A stretch of DNA of 59,465 bases from Clostridia bacterium (lineage in GTDB: Bacteria > Bacillota > Clostridia > Oscillospirales > CAG-272). The translations under genes and the position numbers were made by a program. The stretch spans positions 1-59,465 of the forward strand of contig JAFQDC010000093.1 of assembly GCA_017416205.1 (NCBI GenBank). The letters run 5' to 3'. This document shows, one piece after another, positions 18,007-27,496 of the stretch. Each line of letters begins with the position of its first letter. Within the stretch, counting starts at the first letter, position 1. Under the pieces are notes generated by a model. It ran no database searches. It was given only the letters and a program-made list of their open reading frames with translations, and had not been told where the DNA came from.

Positions 18007-20001
18007 TTATCTGTGTGAATTCTTTTTGTAATTCTGTCCCTTTTTAAGAGAGCTCGACGGTTTCTTGCTGCTTTTACGGTCTATGGTTTTATTAGCTCTG
18101 CTCTTCTGATCCTTTTTCTTATCAAAGGCGGACTTTTTCTGTCCACTGTTCTTCGGCCCATGCTGCTGGCGGCCGTTGGGAGTAACGAGGCAGTCCTTTG
18201 AATAACCTATAAGATCCTCACGTCCTGCCACCTTCAAGGCCTCTCTCACAAGGCTTCTGTTTTCGGGACGTCGATACTGCAAAAGCGCTCTCTGAAGCTG
18301 CTTTTCGCGGTAGTCCGTGGGGCAATAGACATCATTTCCGGAAAAGGGGTCGATACCGGTGTAGAACATAACCGTGGAGGCAGTTCCCGGTGTGGGATAA
18401 TAGTCCTGCACCTGCTCGGGATTAAGACCTATCTTTTTTGTGTAAAGGGCAAGGTCCACGGCGTCGCAAAGGCGTGAGCCGGGATGGCTTGACATAAGAT
18501 ATGGAACCAGATACTGCTCAAGGCCCTCCTCATCGCAAAGGCGGAAGAACTTTTCGCGGAACTTATCGTATACCGCAATATCAGGCTTGCCCATACAGGA
18601 AAGCACGTGGGATGAGCAATGCTCGGGAGCCACCTTAAGCTGACCGCTGACGTGATCGCGGACAAGCTTTCTGAAAAAGCTGTCGTCGTGATCGGCAAGC
18701 ATATAATCAAAGCGAATACCGCTTCTGATAAACACCTTCTTGATTCCGGGGATCTTTTCCACTTCTTTCAGAAGCTGTATATATTCGGAATGATCTGCCT
18801 CAAGATTCTTACAGGGAGTGGGAACGAGACAGCGCTTATTCTGACACACACCGCTCTCTATCTGCTTTTTGCAGGCAGGGGCGCGGAAGTTTGCCGTAGG
18901 TCCGCCGATATCGTGGATATAACCCTTGAAATCGGGGAGAGTGGCAATAAGCTTTGCCTCTTCAACAACGCTTTCGATGCTGCGGGAGCGCACGCTTCTT
19001 CCCTGATGGAAGGCAAGAGCGCAGAAATTACAGCCACCGAAGCATCCGCGGTTATGGGTGATGGAGAACTTGACCTCGGTGATAGCGGGAATACCGCCGT
19101 CCTTTTCGTACATAGGGTGGTAGGTGCGCTTGAAGGGGATATTATAGATGCGGTCAAGCTCCTCGCGCTCAAGGGGCGGCTGAGGAGGGTTTTGAACGAG
19201 CATCCTGTCTCCGTAGTATTCGACTATGGCTTTGCCGTTTTTTGCGTCGTTGTTTTTATACTGAACGGCAAAGGCGGCAGCATATTTTTTCTTGTCTGTT
19301 TTAAGATCGTCGTAATCGTAGCCTCGGGGCTCGCCGCTTTCCGTGGTGCCCTGAGCGCACTCGAAGTTTATCTTCTCTCCCGTTTTGCACAGATATGCAG
19401 TTCCGCGAACGTCGCGGATCTTTTTAACGGGAACGCCCTTGTCAAGAAGCTCCGCAATTCGAAGAATGGATCTTTCTCCCATTCCGTAGGAAAGGATATC
19501 TGCGCGGGAGTCTACAAGAACGCTCCTGCGCACCTTATCCGACCAGTAATCGTAATGGGCGAAGCGACGAAGAGACGCTTCGATACCGCCGATAACGATG
19601 GGAACGTCACCGTATGCCTCGCGGATACGGTTGCAGTATACGATAACTGCGCGGTCGGGTCTGTATCCCGCTTTTCCTCCGGGTGAATAATAGTCATTCG
19701 TTCTCTTTTTCTTTGCGGCGGTGTAATGGCATACCATGGAGTCGATGTTTCCTGCAGAAACGAGAAAGCCGAGACGGGGACGTCCAAACCTTTTCATACC
19801 CTCACAGCTCTTGTAATCGGGCTGAGGAAGCATTGCAACAACGTATCCCGCATCTTCAAGTGTACGGCAAATAAGTGCCGCTCCAAAGGACGGGTGATCC
19901 ACATATGCATCTCCCGAAACGTATACGAAATCGGGAACGTCACGCCCGAGAGCGTGAACCTCCTCAGGCGTTACGGGCAAAAAATTCTTAGCAATTTCCA
20001 T
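18007..20001 (-). CDS. YgiQ/UPF0313-family radical SAM protein
   Basis: GDAYVDHPSFG, GGIEASLRRFAHYDYW, RGCFGGCNFC, SGQLKVAPEH, YLMSSHPG, EQVQDYYPTP. Confidence 0.93.
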   Translation of the reverse strand: MEIAKNFLPVTPEEVHALGRDVPDFVYVSGDAYVDHPSFGAALICRTLEDAGYVVAMLPQPDYKSCEGMKRFGRPRLGFLVSAGNIDSMVCHYTAAKKKRTNDYYSPGGKAGYRPDRAVIVYCNRIREAYGDVPIVIGGIEASLRRFAHYDYWSDKVRRSVLVDSRADILSYGMGERSILRIAELLDKGVPVKKIRDVRGTAYLCKTGEKINFECAQGTTESGEPRGYDYDDLKTDKKKYAAAFAVQYKNNDAKNGKAIVEYYGDRMLVQNPPQPPLEREELDRIYNIPFKRTYHPMYEKDGGIPAITEVKFSITHNRGCFGGCNFCALAFHQGRSVRSRSIESVVEEAKLIATLPDFKGYIHDIGGPTANFRAPACKKQIESGVCQNKRCLVPTPCKNLEADHSEYIQLLKEVEKIPGIKKVFIRSGIRFDYMLADHDDSFFRKLVRDHVSGQLKVAPEHCSSHVLSCMGKPDIAVYDKFREKFFRLCDEEGLEQYLVPYLMSSHPGSRLCDAVDLALYTKKIGLNPEQVQDYYPTPGTASTVMFYTGIDPFSGNDVYCPTDYREKQLQRALLQYRRPENRSLVREALKVAGREDLIGYSKDCLVTPNGRQQHGPKNSGQKKSAFDKKKDQKSRANKTIDRKSSKKPSSSLKKGQNYKKNSHR

Positions 20002-20020
20002 AATTTATCCTATAGAAGAA

Positions 20021-20059
20021 TTACTACTTTTCTTGAAAGAAAAGTAGCAAAAGAACTTT
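20021..20059 (+). repeat. palindromic REP-like element (family 2 variant)
   Basis: CTACTTTTCTTGAAAGAAAAGTAG hairpin followed by CAAAAGAACTTT, resembling the 24922 and 31566 copies. Confidence 0.5.
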
Positions 20060-20137
20060 AAAAATGGGTTTGTTATATTAACTGAGTGATTGCATAGCCG
20101 AAAGAAAAACCATTTTTTGAAGTTTTTTGCATTCTAT

Positions 20138-20722
20138 TTAATCCCCAAACATCTCAAAAAACTCTTCTCTCGTCATGATCACGTTAACGGCTGACACAAA
20201 GGCGGGTGCTGTAAGTCCGGAGGGAAGTCCGAGGCGCTTTGCTGCCTCGTCGCGACGCTCGCTGCTTCCCTCACTTCCCGAAAATCCAAGAGTGAAGAGA
20301 TCGGCTTTCGTGAGCTTTTCGCCCTTTTTCTCGGGGGATGAGTGTTTTTCTTTAAAATCGAAGAACATCCTTCTGAGAAGCTCTGCATCCATACCCTCAA
20401 CGCCGAGAGTGCCTTCCTTTGAGCCCTGCTTTTTCCTTTTTTCCTTACCCTCGATCTTCGGAATATACAGATTGTATATCTTCTCGGGGGGCACGGCCCC
20501 TGCAAGATGGCCTCTTATAACCTTCCCGGCTCCATCGCTGTCTGTGAGCACGATAACTCCGTTTTGCGACAGCCTTTTTATAAGGGTAAGCTTTTCCTTT
20601 TTCTTGAAAACGCCGAAGCCGTCGGTGGTGATTATCTCGGCATCAAGAATGCTTGCAAGCTTTATTTTATCGTATTTGCCCTCAACGATAACGGGCATAT
20701 CTATTTTTATCTTCCCGTTCAT
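20138..20722 (-). CDS. rnmV: ribonuclease M5 (Toprim + DUF4093)
   Basis: VIVEGKYD, IVLTDSDGAG..IR, LGVEG, C-terminal LGL.G....RR. Confidence 0.82.
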   Translation of the reverse strand: MNGKIKIDMPVIVEGKYDKIKLASILDAEIITTDGFGVFKKKEKLTLIKRLSQNGVIVLTDSDGAGKVIRGHLAGAVPPEKIYNLYIPKIEGKEKRKKQGSKEGTLGVEGMDAELLRRMFFDFKEKHSSPEKKGEKLTKADLFTLGFSGSEGSSERRDEAAKRLGLPSGLTAPAFVSAVNVIMTREEFFEMFGD

Positions 20723-20724
20723 AG

Positions 20725-21765
20725 CTATCTCTGTCTCCTCTTTGCGGGGATAGTGCATATAAGGCGCTCAAGAGCTATGTAATCGAGAGTGGTGCTTTTC
20801 AGTTTCAAGTCTGCCTCACGGCAACGCGCGGCGGCGGCAATGAGCCTCTCGGGAGGAGAGCCTGCCACGGCCTGCATATAAAGTCCTGCGCGGTATTCGT
20901 GCATCTTAGTCTTTGCAACGATAGTCTTTTTGTCGGCCCCCTCTGCAACAAGGCAGGCAACGATCATCATATCGCAGATACATTTTGTAACGGAGGCAAG
21001 AACGCTGACTGCGCTTTCGCGGTGCATCTTATGTATATGAAGCACGCTCAGTGCTCGGCGGCGGTCGCCTTCGAGAACAGCGTTTGCAAGAGCAAAGCTG
21101 TCGTCCTCTGCGGTAACGGAGGAGATCTCAAGAACAACGTCTGCGTTGATCTCAGAGATCCCGTTTGCAAGGGAATATGCCGCCAGCTTATCAAGCTCGC
21201 CTGAAAGGATGAACATATTGTCCGTAGCCCTTGTAAGAAGAAGCTCTGCGGCATCGGGAGTTATTGTAAGGGAATCCTGAGAAAGTCTTCTCGCCATCCA
21301 CTTTTTAAGCTCGGCGGGAGTCTCGCAGGAAAGATCAACCAATTTACATACGCTGTCAAATTTCTTAAACATCTGAGAAGGCTTTTTAGGCTTTCCCGGA
21401 TCAAATCCCTCAGGGGGAGTAACTATAAGAAGGACTGTGCTTTCGGGATCGATGCTCTCTATTATTTCAATAAGCCTGTCAGTCTCCTCTGTGGTAAAGG
21501 AGGTAAGATCGGCATTGTACTGAACGTAGGTACGGTCTCCCATCATGGAAACTGCAAGGGTAGCTCCCTCAAGCTCGGAGAGCTTCGTATCCTTGTCTGC
21601 ATTTATGATATAAGTATTCCATTCGGAAAGGTCTGCGTCATCACCTACGGTATGGGTACGTGCCCGTCCTGCATAGAATTTTTTAAGATATTCCTCGTCT
21701 CCGTAGAAAAGATAGGTGCCCGAAAGCCCGTTTTTTAATTCTTTTCTGAATTCAGCCTGAGTCAC
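20725..21765 (-). CDS. holA: DNA polymerase III delta subunit
   Basis: YLFYGDEEYL, ELDKL..Y, F.LANAVL.GD, EADLKLKS; 346 aa. Confidence 0.88.
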   Translation of the reverse strand: MTQAEFRKELKNGLSGTYLFYGDEEYLKKFYAGRARTHTVGDDADLSEWNTYIINADKDTKLSELEGATLAVSMMGDRTYVQYNADLTSFTTEETDRLIEIIESIDPESTVLLIVTPPEGFDPGKPKKPSQMFKKFDSVCKLVDLSCETPAELKKWMARRLSQDSLTITPDAAELLLTRATDNMFILSGELDKLAAYSLANGISEINADVVLEISSVTAEDDSFALANAVLEGDRRRALSVLHIHKMHRESAVSVLASVTKCICDMMIVACLVAEGADKKTIVAKTKMHEYRAGLYMQAVAGSPPERLIAAAARCREADLKLKSTTLDYIALERLICTIPAKRRQR

Positions 21766-21790
21766 ATTAAACCTCCTTTCCGTCGGTTAA

Positions 21791-21849
21791 ATGAAAAATG
21801 AATAATGAAAAATGAAAAATTAATGAGGCTTTTTGCCGTAGCAAAAAGC
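21791..21849 (+). repeat. heptamer-array/hairpin element, copy B
   Basis: ATGAAAA ATGAATA ATGAAAA ATGAAAA + ATTAATGAG + GCTTTTTGC-cgta-GCAAAAAGC. Confidence 0.75.
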
Positions 21850-21858
21850 TCCTTTTAT

Positions 21859-22428
21859 TTATCTTTTGAGTTCTTTTACCTTAACTTCCATTTTCGTTCT
21901 CTGTGCGGTAAGTCCGCGAAGCTCAACGGCATATTCAAGCAGGAGTGTGCCGCCGTTCTCGGAAAGCTCATTTTCCACTCTTTTTCCGTAGGTGCACATA
22001 TCGATATTACCAAAGGGAGTGGAGTAAACGCTGTACATTCTCTGCCCCTTTGAGATAACGAAGGACGATTCGATAGCGCCGCGGCGCTCTACCGTGATAC
22101 AGTAAGGATCGGAAAGGTCAAATGATATGTAAGAGTAGCATCCCTCAACGCCCTCAATCGCAGTCTCCTCATAGGATAGAGTGAGTCGGCCCTCTTCAAG
22201 GTCAAGATATCCCTCGCTGAAGAGAGAATACTGATTATTCTCCCCGCCGATCTCCTTGAGAACTCGCTCGGGAGGAAGGTCACGTCTTACCGTGAAAAAA
22301 CCTACTCCCGTCATATCGCACTGAGTGCTGGTCATTTCAACAAGCACTTCCTTGCCCCTGAGGGGAGAGGTACCTGTCTTTTCGTATTCTGTAATAGGTG
22401 TCATAATCAATTTTAAGGGCTGCTGCAA
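21859..22428 (-). CDS. DUF1934-family protein
   Basis: LSYEE, RRG...S.F.., Y.TPFG.I, G.L.LEY pattern; start uncertain. Confidence 0.72.
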   Translation of the reverse strand: MQQPLKLIMTPITEYEKTGTSPLRGKEVLVEMTSTQCDMTGVGFFTVRRDLPPERVLKEIGGENNQYSLFSEGYLDLEEGRLTLSYEETAIEGVEGCYSYISFDLSDPYCITVERRGAIESSFVISKGQRMYSVYSTPFGNIDMCTYGKRVENELSENGGTLLLEYAVELRGLTAQRTKMEVKVKELKR

Positions 22429-22455
22429 GCGCAGCAGCCCTTTCCTTTTTTTTAA

Positions 22456-23208
22456 TTAAAGCTCAAAGCCGGGAAGCTCGCCGTCGGGAACGAAGTCGCC
22501 GCCGATACAGGGAGCGCCGTACTGCTTCTTATAGCCGGTTTCTGCAGGCTTTGCCCAGTATACGGCATTCTGAATTACCTTGATAACGTTCTCGTTATAG
22601 TAAACGGGGAACTCCTCGTGACCGGGCTGGAAGTAGAATACTCGACCGTAGCCGCGTCTCCAGCAGCAGCCGGAACGGAAAACGTATCCTGTTTCGAACC
22701 AACCGAGGAAAACGAGTTCATCAGGCTCGGGGATCTGGAAGGGCTCGGCATAGATCTCTTCAGCATCAAGCTTGAAGTGAGAGGGAAGACCCTTTGCGAT
22801 GGGGTGGATGGGGTTGATGTTCCAGATGATCTCCTGCTTGTTGGCACCCCAAAGAAGATTACCCGTAGTTCCCACAACCTTCTGGAATACCTTAGAGTAA
22901 TGAGCGGAGTGGAGGCAGATGAGACCCATACCCATGTATACTCTCTGCTTTACCTTCTCTGCGATCTCATCGGAAACCTCCCAGTGCGCCTGATGTGCCC
23001 ACCAGATAAGAACGTCGGTGTTGTCAAGCACCTCGTCGGTAAGTCCGTGCTCGGGATCGTCAAGAACTGCAGTTCTGATCTCGAAATCGTCGCATCCGAT
23101 AGCCTTAGCTATCTGACCGTGGATACCCTCGGGGTATATTGCGGCGATCTTTTCTTCTGATTTTTCGTGTCTGTACTCGTTCCAGACAGTTACTCTGATC
23201 TTGCTCAT
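22456..23208 (-). CDS. thuA: ThuA-family (trehalose utilization-like, GATase1 fold) protein
   Basis: IRVTVWNEYRHE, IYPEGIH, PEHGLT, DVLIWWAH..H, LHSAHYSK, FRSGCC, FYFQPGHE. Confidence 0.9.
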   Translation of the reverse strand: MSKIRVTVWNEYRHEKSEEKIAAIYPEGIHGQIAKAIGCDDFEIRTAVLDDPEHGLTDEVLDNTDVLIWWAHQAHWEVSDEIAEKVKQRVYMGMGLICLHSAHYSKVFQKVVGTTGNLLWGANKQEIIWNINPIHPIAKGLPSHFKLDAEEIYAEPFQIPEPDELVFLGWFETGYVFRSGCCWRRGYGRVFYFQPGHEEFPVYYNENVIKVIQNAVYWAKPAETGYKKQYGAPCIGGDFVPDGELPGFEL

Positions 23209-23391
23209 TGAAAATGCCCTTCTTTCGTGCATATTTTGATACTTTAATTATATCAAATGATTATTCTCTTTTCAATAGTTTTTATACATTCCCAATTACT
23301 AAAATAAATGTAAATTGTTTCTATCCTATCATTTTTTAAAGTAAGTATGATCGTAGTTTTGAATTAATATAAATCAAATTTCCCTATTCCG

Positions 23392-23420
23392 TTGACATTG
23401 GATTTTTACTATGATAAAAT
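23392..23420 (+). promoter_or_regulatory. sigma-A promoter of the GH20 gene
   Basis: TTGACA-17-TAAAAT with an extended TG. Confidence 0.6.
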
Positions 23421-23452
23421 GTCCTCATGTTTTTTTAGTGAGGTATTCTGAT

Positions 23453-24904
23453 ATGACAAAATTTACGGATATTATTCCCGCTCCCAAGGGTTATTGGGCA
23501 AACGGTACCTACAACACTTTTGAAGCTTGTATCGGCACCTGCGAGTTCCCTAAGGAAGCTAAGTCCTTCGCGCGCTATCTCAATAAGATCCACGGCATCG
23601 ACCTCTCCTTCTGCGACGGCGGCGCTATCACCGTAAAAAAGTGCGATTGCCTCTCCAAGGGCGAATACCGTCTTGAGATCGGCGAGGATATGGGCAAGAT
23701 CACGATCAAGGTAGGCGACTATCTCGGCGCAGGCTATGCCTTTGCAACTCTTCTCCAGCTTTGCGAAAAGAGAGATGATAAAATGCTCCTTCCCTGCGGT
23801 ACTGTTGTTGATAAGCCCGAATGCGCTTGGCGCGGCCTTCTTATCGACTGTGCACGCCGCAACCACTCTGTCGAGCTTCTCAAAAAGTATATCGATATGT
23901 GCCGCTTCTACAAGGTGAGATATCTCCACATACACTTTACCGATGACGAGAACTACACTCTCCCCTCAAAGGCATTCCCAAAGGTTACAACACCCTCAAA
24001 CTGCTATACATACGAGGAGATCGCAGAGCTTGACCGCTACGCTCACGCAAACGGAATCTCCATCATCCCCGAGCTTGACACTCCCGGACATTCCACAACT
24101 ATTCTCAACGCATACCCTGAGGTATTCGGCAAGGAAGGCATCATCAAGTTCACCGAGGGCGCTATTGAGGCTACAAAGACTCTCTACCGTGAGCTTTGCG
24201 AGCTCTTCCCCCACTCCGAGTATATCCACATCGGCGGCGACGAGTCCCGCCTCGGCTGGTGGCTCGAGGAGGAGTCTCTCAAGTATGGCGAGTCTGTCGG
24301 CATTACAAACAAGGACGAATGCTCAGAGATGACTCCCAACGAATACGTTATGCTCCGTTTCCTTGCTACCTTTATCAAAGAAATGGCTGACACCGTTACC
24401 GCTTGCGGCAAGAAGCCCTGCGTTTGGGAAGGCTTCCACAAGGTTACAAACGATATCGTTCCCAAGAACGTTACAGTTATGGTATTCGACTCCAGCTATC
24501 AGCTTGCTCCCTCTCTCTGCGAGGCAGGCTTTGAGGTAGTTAACTGCACCTGGTTCCCCCTCTACGTTGTTATTCCTTACTGGATCTACTCTCAGAAGGA
24601 CTGCTTTGATTGGGACGTTAACTCCTTCGGAACCATCAACGAGCTTTCTCCCTATAAGAACGGAGTTATGCGCTTCGACGGCCTTCAGGGCGTCAAGGGC
24701 GGTCAGCTCTGCTCCTGGGGTGACGGTCTCAAATGCGAGTATAAAAACCCCGAGGACGGCCTCAGACAGGAGCTTTCCGATATTGCTGAGCGTCTTCCCG
24801 CTCTCTCCGAGAACACATGGAACCGCGAAAAGCGCCGCGATTACGGCGATTTCCTCCGAGTTATGAAGGAGCACGAGGCAAAGGTAAAGAAGCTTCTTGA
24901 CTGA
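23453..24904 (+). CDS. GH20 beta-N-acetylhexosaminidase (no signal peptide)
   Basis: WRGLLIDCAR, LHIHFTDDE, IIPELDTPGH, IHIGGDE, GGQLCSW. Confidence 0.92.
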   Translation: MTKFTDIIPAPKGYWANGTYNTFEACIGTCEFPKEAKSFARYLNKIHGIDLSFCDGGAITVKKCDCLSKGEYRLEIGEDMGKITIKVGDYLGAGYAFATLLQLCEKRDDKMLLPCGTVVDKPECAWRGLLIDCARRNHSVELLKKYIDMCRFYKVRYLHIHFTDDENYTLPSKAFPKVTTPSNCYTYEEIAELDRYAHANGISIIPELDTPGHSTTILNAYPEVFGKEGIIKFTEGAIEATKTLYRELCELFPHSEYIHIGGDESRLGWWLEEESLKYGESVGITNKDECSEMTPNEYVMLRFLATFIKEMADTVTACGKKPCVWEGFHKVTNDIVPKNVTVMVFDSSYQLAPSLCEAGFEVVNCTWFPLYVVIPYWIYSQKDCFDWDVNSFGTINELSPYKNGVMRFDGLQGVKGGQLCSWGDGLKCEYKNPEDGLRQELSDIAERLPALSENTWNREKRRDYGDFLRVMKEHEAKVKKLLD

Positions 24905-24921
24905 TAACAGTAAGAGAAAAT

Positions 24922-25072
24922 GCAGAAACTTTTTTGAAAAAAAGTTTCCGCACCTTCAAAAAACTTTTAAAAAAAGACGGCAAAATGAACAAACTCGTTT
25001 TGCCGTCTTTTTTGTTTTTCTTTTTTAAGTTTTTTAGGAGTGCAGATGACTTTTTACAAAAAAGTTATCTGC
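24922..25072. repeat. inverted doublet of REP-like family 2 units enclosing a terminator hairpin
   Basis: GCAGAAACTTTTTTGAAAAAAAGTTTCCGCACCTTCAAAAAACTT (24922-) and its inverted relative (25027-25072) flank AAAAAAGACGGCAAAA..TTTTGCCGTCTTTTTT. Confidence 0.75.
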
Positions 25073-25081
25073 AACTATTAA

Positions 25082-27394
25082 TCATCCCTGAAGTGCCTTG
25101 GTTATCTCAGGTCGCACGCTTGCGGCGGTGAACTGGATAAAGGGATTCGAATCGAGATTGAAGGTCTCGGGCATATTCATTCCCGAATATTTCCACACGT
25201 AATATCTCATACCCGAGTCTGCGTAATAGTCGTACACCCAGCGGTAGCGCTCTTCATAGGTTACGCGCTGCTCCTCTGTGCCGTTCTTATAGGAGCCAAC
25301 GTAGGTTGCGCCAAGCCCCAAAAGCTCAAAGGTGCAAAGGAGCTGATAAAGCTTTTCCGTACGTACCTCTCCGCCTGCAGTCTTATCGGGATCAAATTCC
25401 TCTATGGCAGAAAGGATAAGACCTCTCATATACTCATAGTTTTCTGCAATATACTCAAAGCTTACAAAATCAAAGGCTCTGTTATACGCGCCTGCAAAGC
25501 AGTAGCTTTCCGTACTTCCAAGCTCGCATCCCGCAAGGTCACCCGCCTCCTCGTACATCTGCATAAACTCGTATATATACTCCCAGCCCTCGCCGTATAC
25601 CATATACATATAGTTCTTGATATGCTGATCGTATTCCTCAAAGGTCAGAGAAGGATCAAAGAGCACCTGAGACATAAGATAGGCCTTCATTGCCTCGAAG
25701 GTATATCCGGGAGTATAGTTGTGGCCCTCATAGATCATTCCCGTAATGCCGTGCTCATAAAGCCAGACAAAATCATAATATATATTATAGATATTGGGAA
25801 TATCGTATATCCACCAGTTGTTGGTCTCGGGATAGCACCACTGCCAAAGCTCCGCACCCGTCTGCTGACAGAGAGCATACATGGTATCAACAAAATCACC
25901 GTATTCCTTATTGGACATATTATAAAGTCCGTTTCCTGCACATTCCTCACTGCCGAGAGCGTGATTTCCGCAGCACAATCCGCCAAGAACGATTATAAGG
26001 TTTCCGTCGGGAACAGTTGCAACGGGAGCCTTCTTTTCATACATAAGAGTATAAAGCTTGATTCCGGGATAATAAGCCTGAATGTCTCGGGCTCCGCGAT
26101 TTACAAGCTCAAAATAAATATCAACGTAGCTTGTCTTTTTTGCGGCGGCTCTGCAGTTGCGGCACTGACACCAAAGTACGTTATCACAGGGGGAGAAGGA
26201 GAAGAAATGCTGTCCATCCTCATAGCTGAAGGGGTAATTACCGCCCTCAAGCACCATTTCCATAGTTTCGAGAAGGCCCGTGAAGAGAAGATTATATTGA
26301 TCATCACTTGTAGCGCAGGGCTCCCACGTGGTTTCGTCCACTACCTCACCGGACTGAAGCTTTGCATAATATCTCTCGCCTATAGTTCCGAAGCTCTCAT
26401 CGGGCATAGTTCCCGTTGCCATCTGATGATAATGATTGAATGAGTGGATAGAACGGTATACAGGTCCCACATAGTTTCCGAGATAAGTAATGGGAACCTT
26501 TTCAACGGCAGGATTATATCCCTGAAGTCCGTTCATTCCGCGTGGGAGAGAAAGCTGCTCGCGGTAGCCCGCATTATGGTTAAATGTGGTCTTTGTCCAT
26601 CTGAAGCGGTATCCGGGAACAAATGTGCGAGAAAGGCCTTCCTCGAGGTCAACTGCTCTCTGCTTATAGCTGAAGGTCCAGTAGATATTAACAAATCCAA
26701 ATCCGAGATAGTCCTCGATTATCTCATATGCCGCGTACATATTACCGCGGTCGGTTCCGTAGATGTGAAGATCTCCGTCTGTCACCTCGTACTTATATCC
26801 CTCAACTCCAAGCTCCTGACCAAGCTCGCTCTTTTTGTCCACGTCGTAAAAATATATTGCGTGCTCGCGGGACTGTGTTCCGATCTCAATGGTGAGGCCC
26901 ACGTCCGTAGCCTTTTTTATATACTCAAAAAGAAGCTCTGCTGCAAAGTATATGTTATCGTCGTAGCTCGTATCGGCAGGAAGAACGATGGAATACTCCT
27001 CGATGCTGTTACCACCGATGGTGAGAGATTGGATCTGCTGCCCGTTTTCATAATCTGCAGACGTCTTTGTACCTGAAAGAACAAGCTTAAAAGAATAAGA
27101 GTCCTTTGCAGATAGAGCTCCGTCTGCATCAAAGTCAGCGGCATCCGTATTCACGTCATAACCGTCAAGACCTGCCACCGTTGCCTTCAGGGAAAGGGCA
27201 TCCTTTCCGTCTACGCTTTCGTCTCCGTTGGCATCGCCGAGAACATAGGTCTTGTCTGCCAGAATACCGTGGTGAATATTGAAATTGTCATCATCCATAT
27301 GCTCAGGGCTATAAACAGGATTTCCCGCAAACACAGTTACCGCACCTGATAGGACCATTATCAATGCCAGCGCAAGCGCTGTAAGTTTTTTCAT
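25082..27394 (-). CDS. secreted dockerin-like + DUF4838-like (putative glycoside hydrolase) protein
   Basis: Signal peptide; GDANGDESVDGKD / ADFDADGALSAKD; EGY..GDLHIYG..RG.MYAAY; HSF; WEPCAT; WCQCRNC. Confidence 0.78.
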   Translation of the reverse strand: MKKLTALALALIMVLSGAVTVFAGNPVYSPEHMDDDNFNIHHGILADKTYVLGDANGDESVDGKDALSLKATVAGLDGYDVNTDAADFDADGALSAKDSYSFKLVLSGTKTSADYENGQQIQSLTIGGNSIEEYSIVLPADTSYDDNIYFAAELLFEYIKKATDVGLTIEIGTQSREHAIYFYDVDKKSELGQELGVEGYKYEVTDGDLHIYGTDRGNMYAAYEIIEDYLGFGFVNIYWTFSYKQRAVDLEEGLSRTFVPGYRFRWTKTTFNHNAGYREQLSLPRGMNGLQGYNPAVEKVPITYLGNYVGPVYRSIHSFNHYHQMATGTMPDESFGTIGERYYAKLQSGEVVDETTWEPCATSDDQYNLLFTGLLETMEMVLEGGNYPFSYEDGQHFFSFSPCDNVLWCQCRNCRAAAKKTSYVDIYFELVNRGARDIQAYYPGIKLYTLMYEKKAPVATVPDGNLIIVLGGLCCGNHALGSEECAGNGLYNMSNKEYGDFVDTMYALCQQTGAELWQWCYPETNNWWIYDIPNIYNIYYDFVWLYEHGITGMIYEGHNYTPGYTFEAMKAYLMSQVLFDPSLTFEEYDQHIKNYMYMVYGEGWEYIYEFMQMYEEAGDLAGCELGSTESYCFAGAYNRAFDFVSFEYIAENYEYMRGLILSAIEEFDPDKTAGGEVRTEKLYQLLCTFELLGLGATYVGSYKNGTEEQRVTYEERYRWVYDYYADSGMRYYVWKYSGMNMPETFNLDSNPFIQFTAASVRPEITKALQG

Positions 27395-27496
27395 TGTATT
27401 CTCCTTTCAAAAGCAAGATGTGCCCGATATATATCGGGCACATTTAAAGTCACTCAAACTATTTTTTACTATATAGCTTCAAATATCCCGAAGGGA

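Noticed and set aside
18619-19686. 355-aa plus-strand ORF
   Set aside because: Antisense to the radical SAM gene
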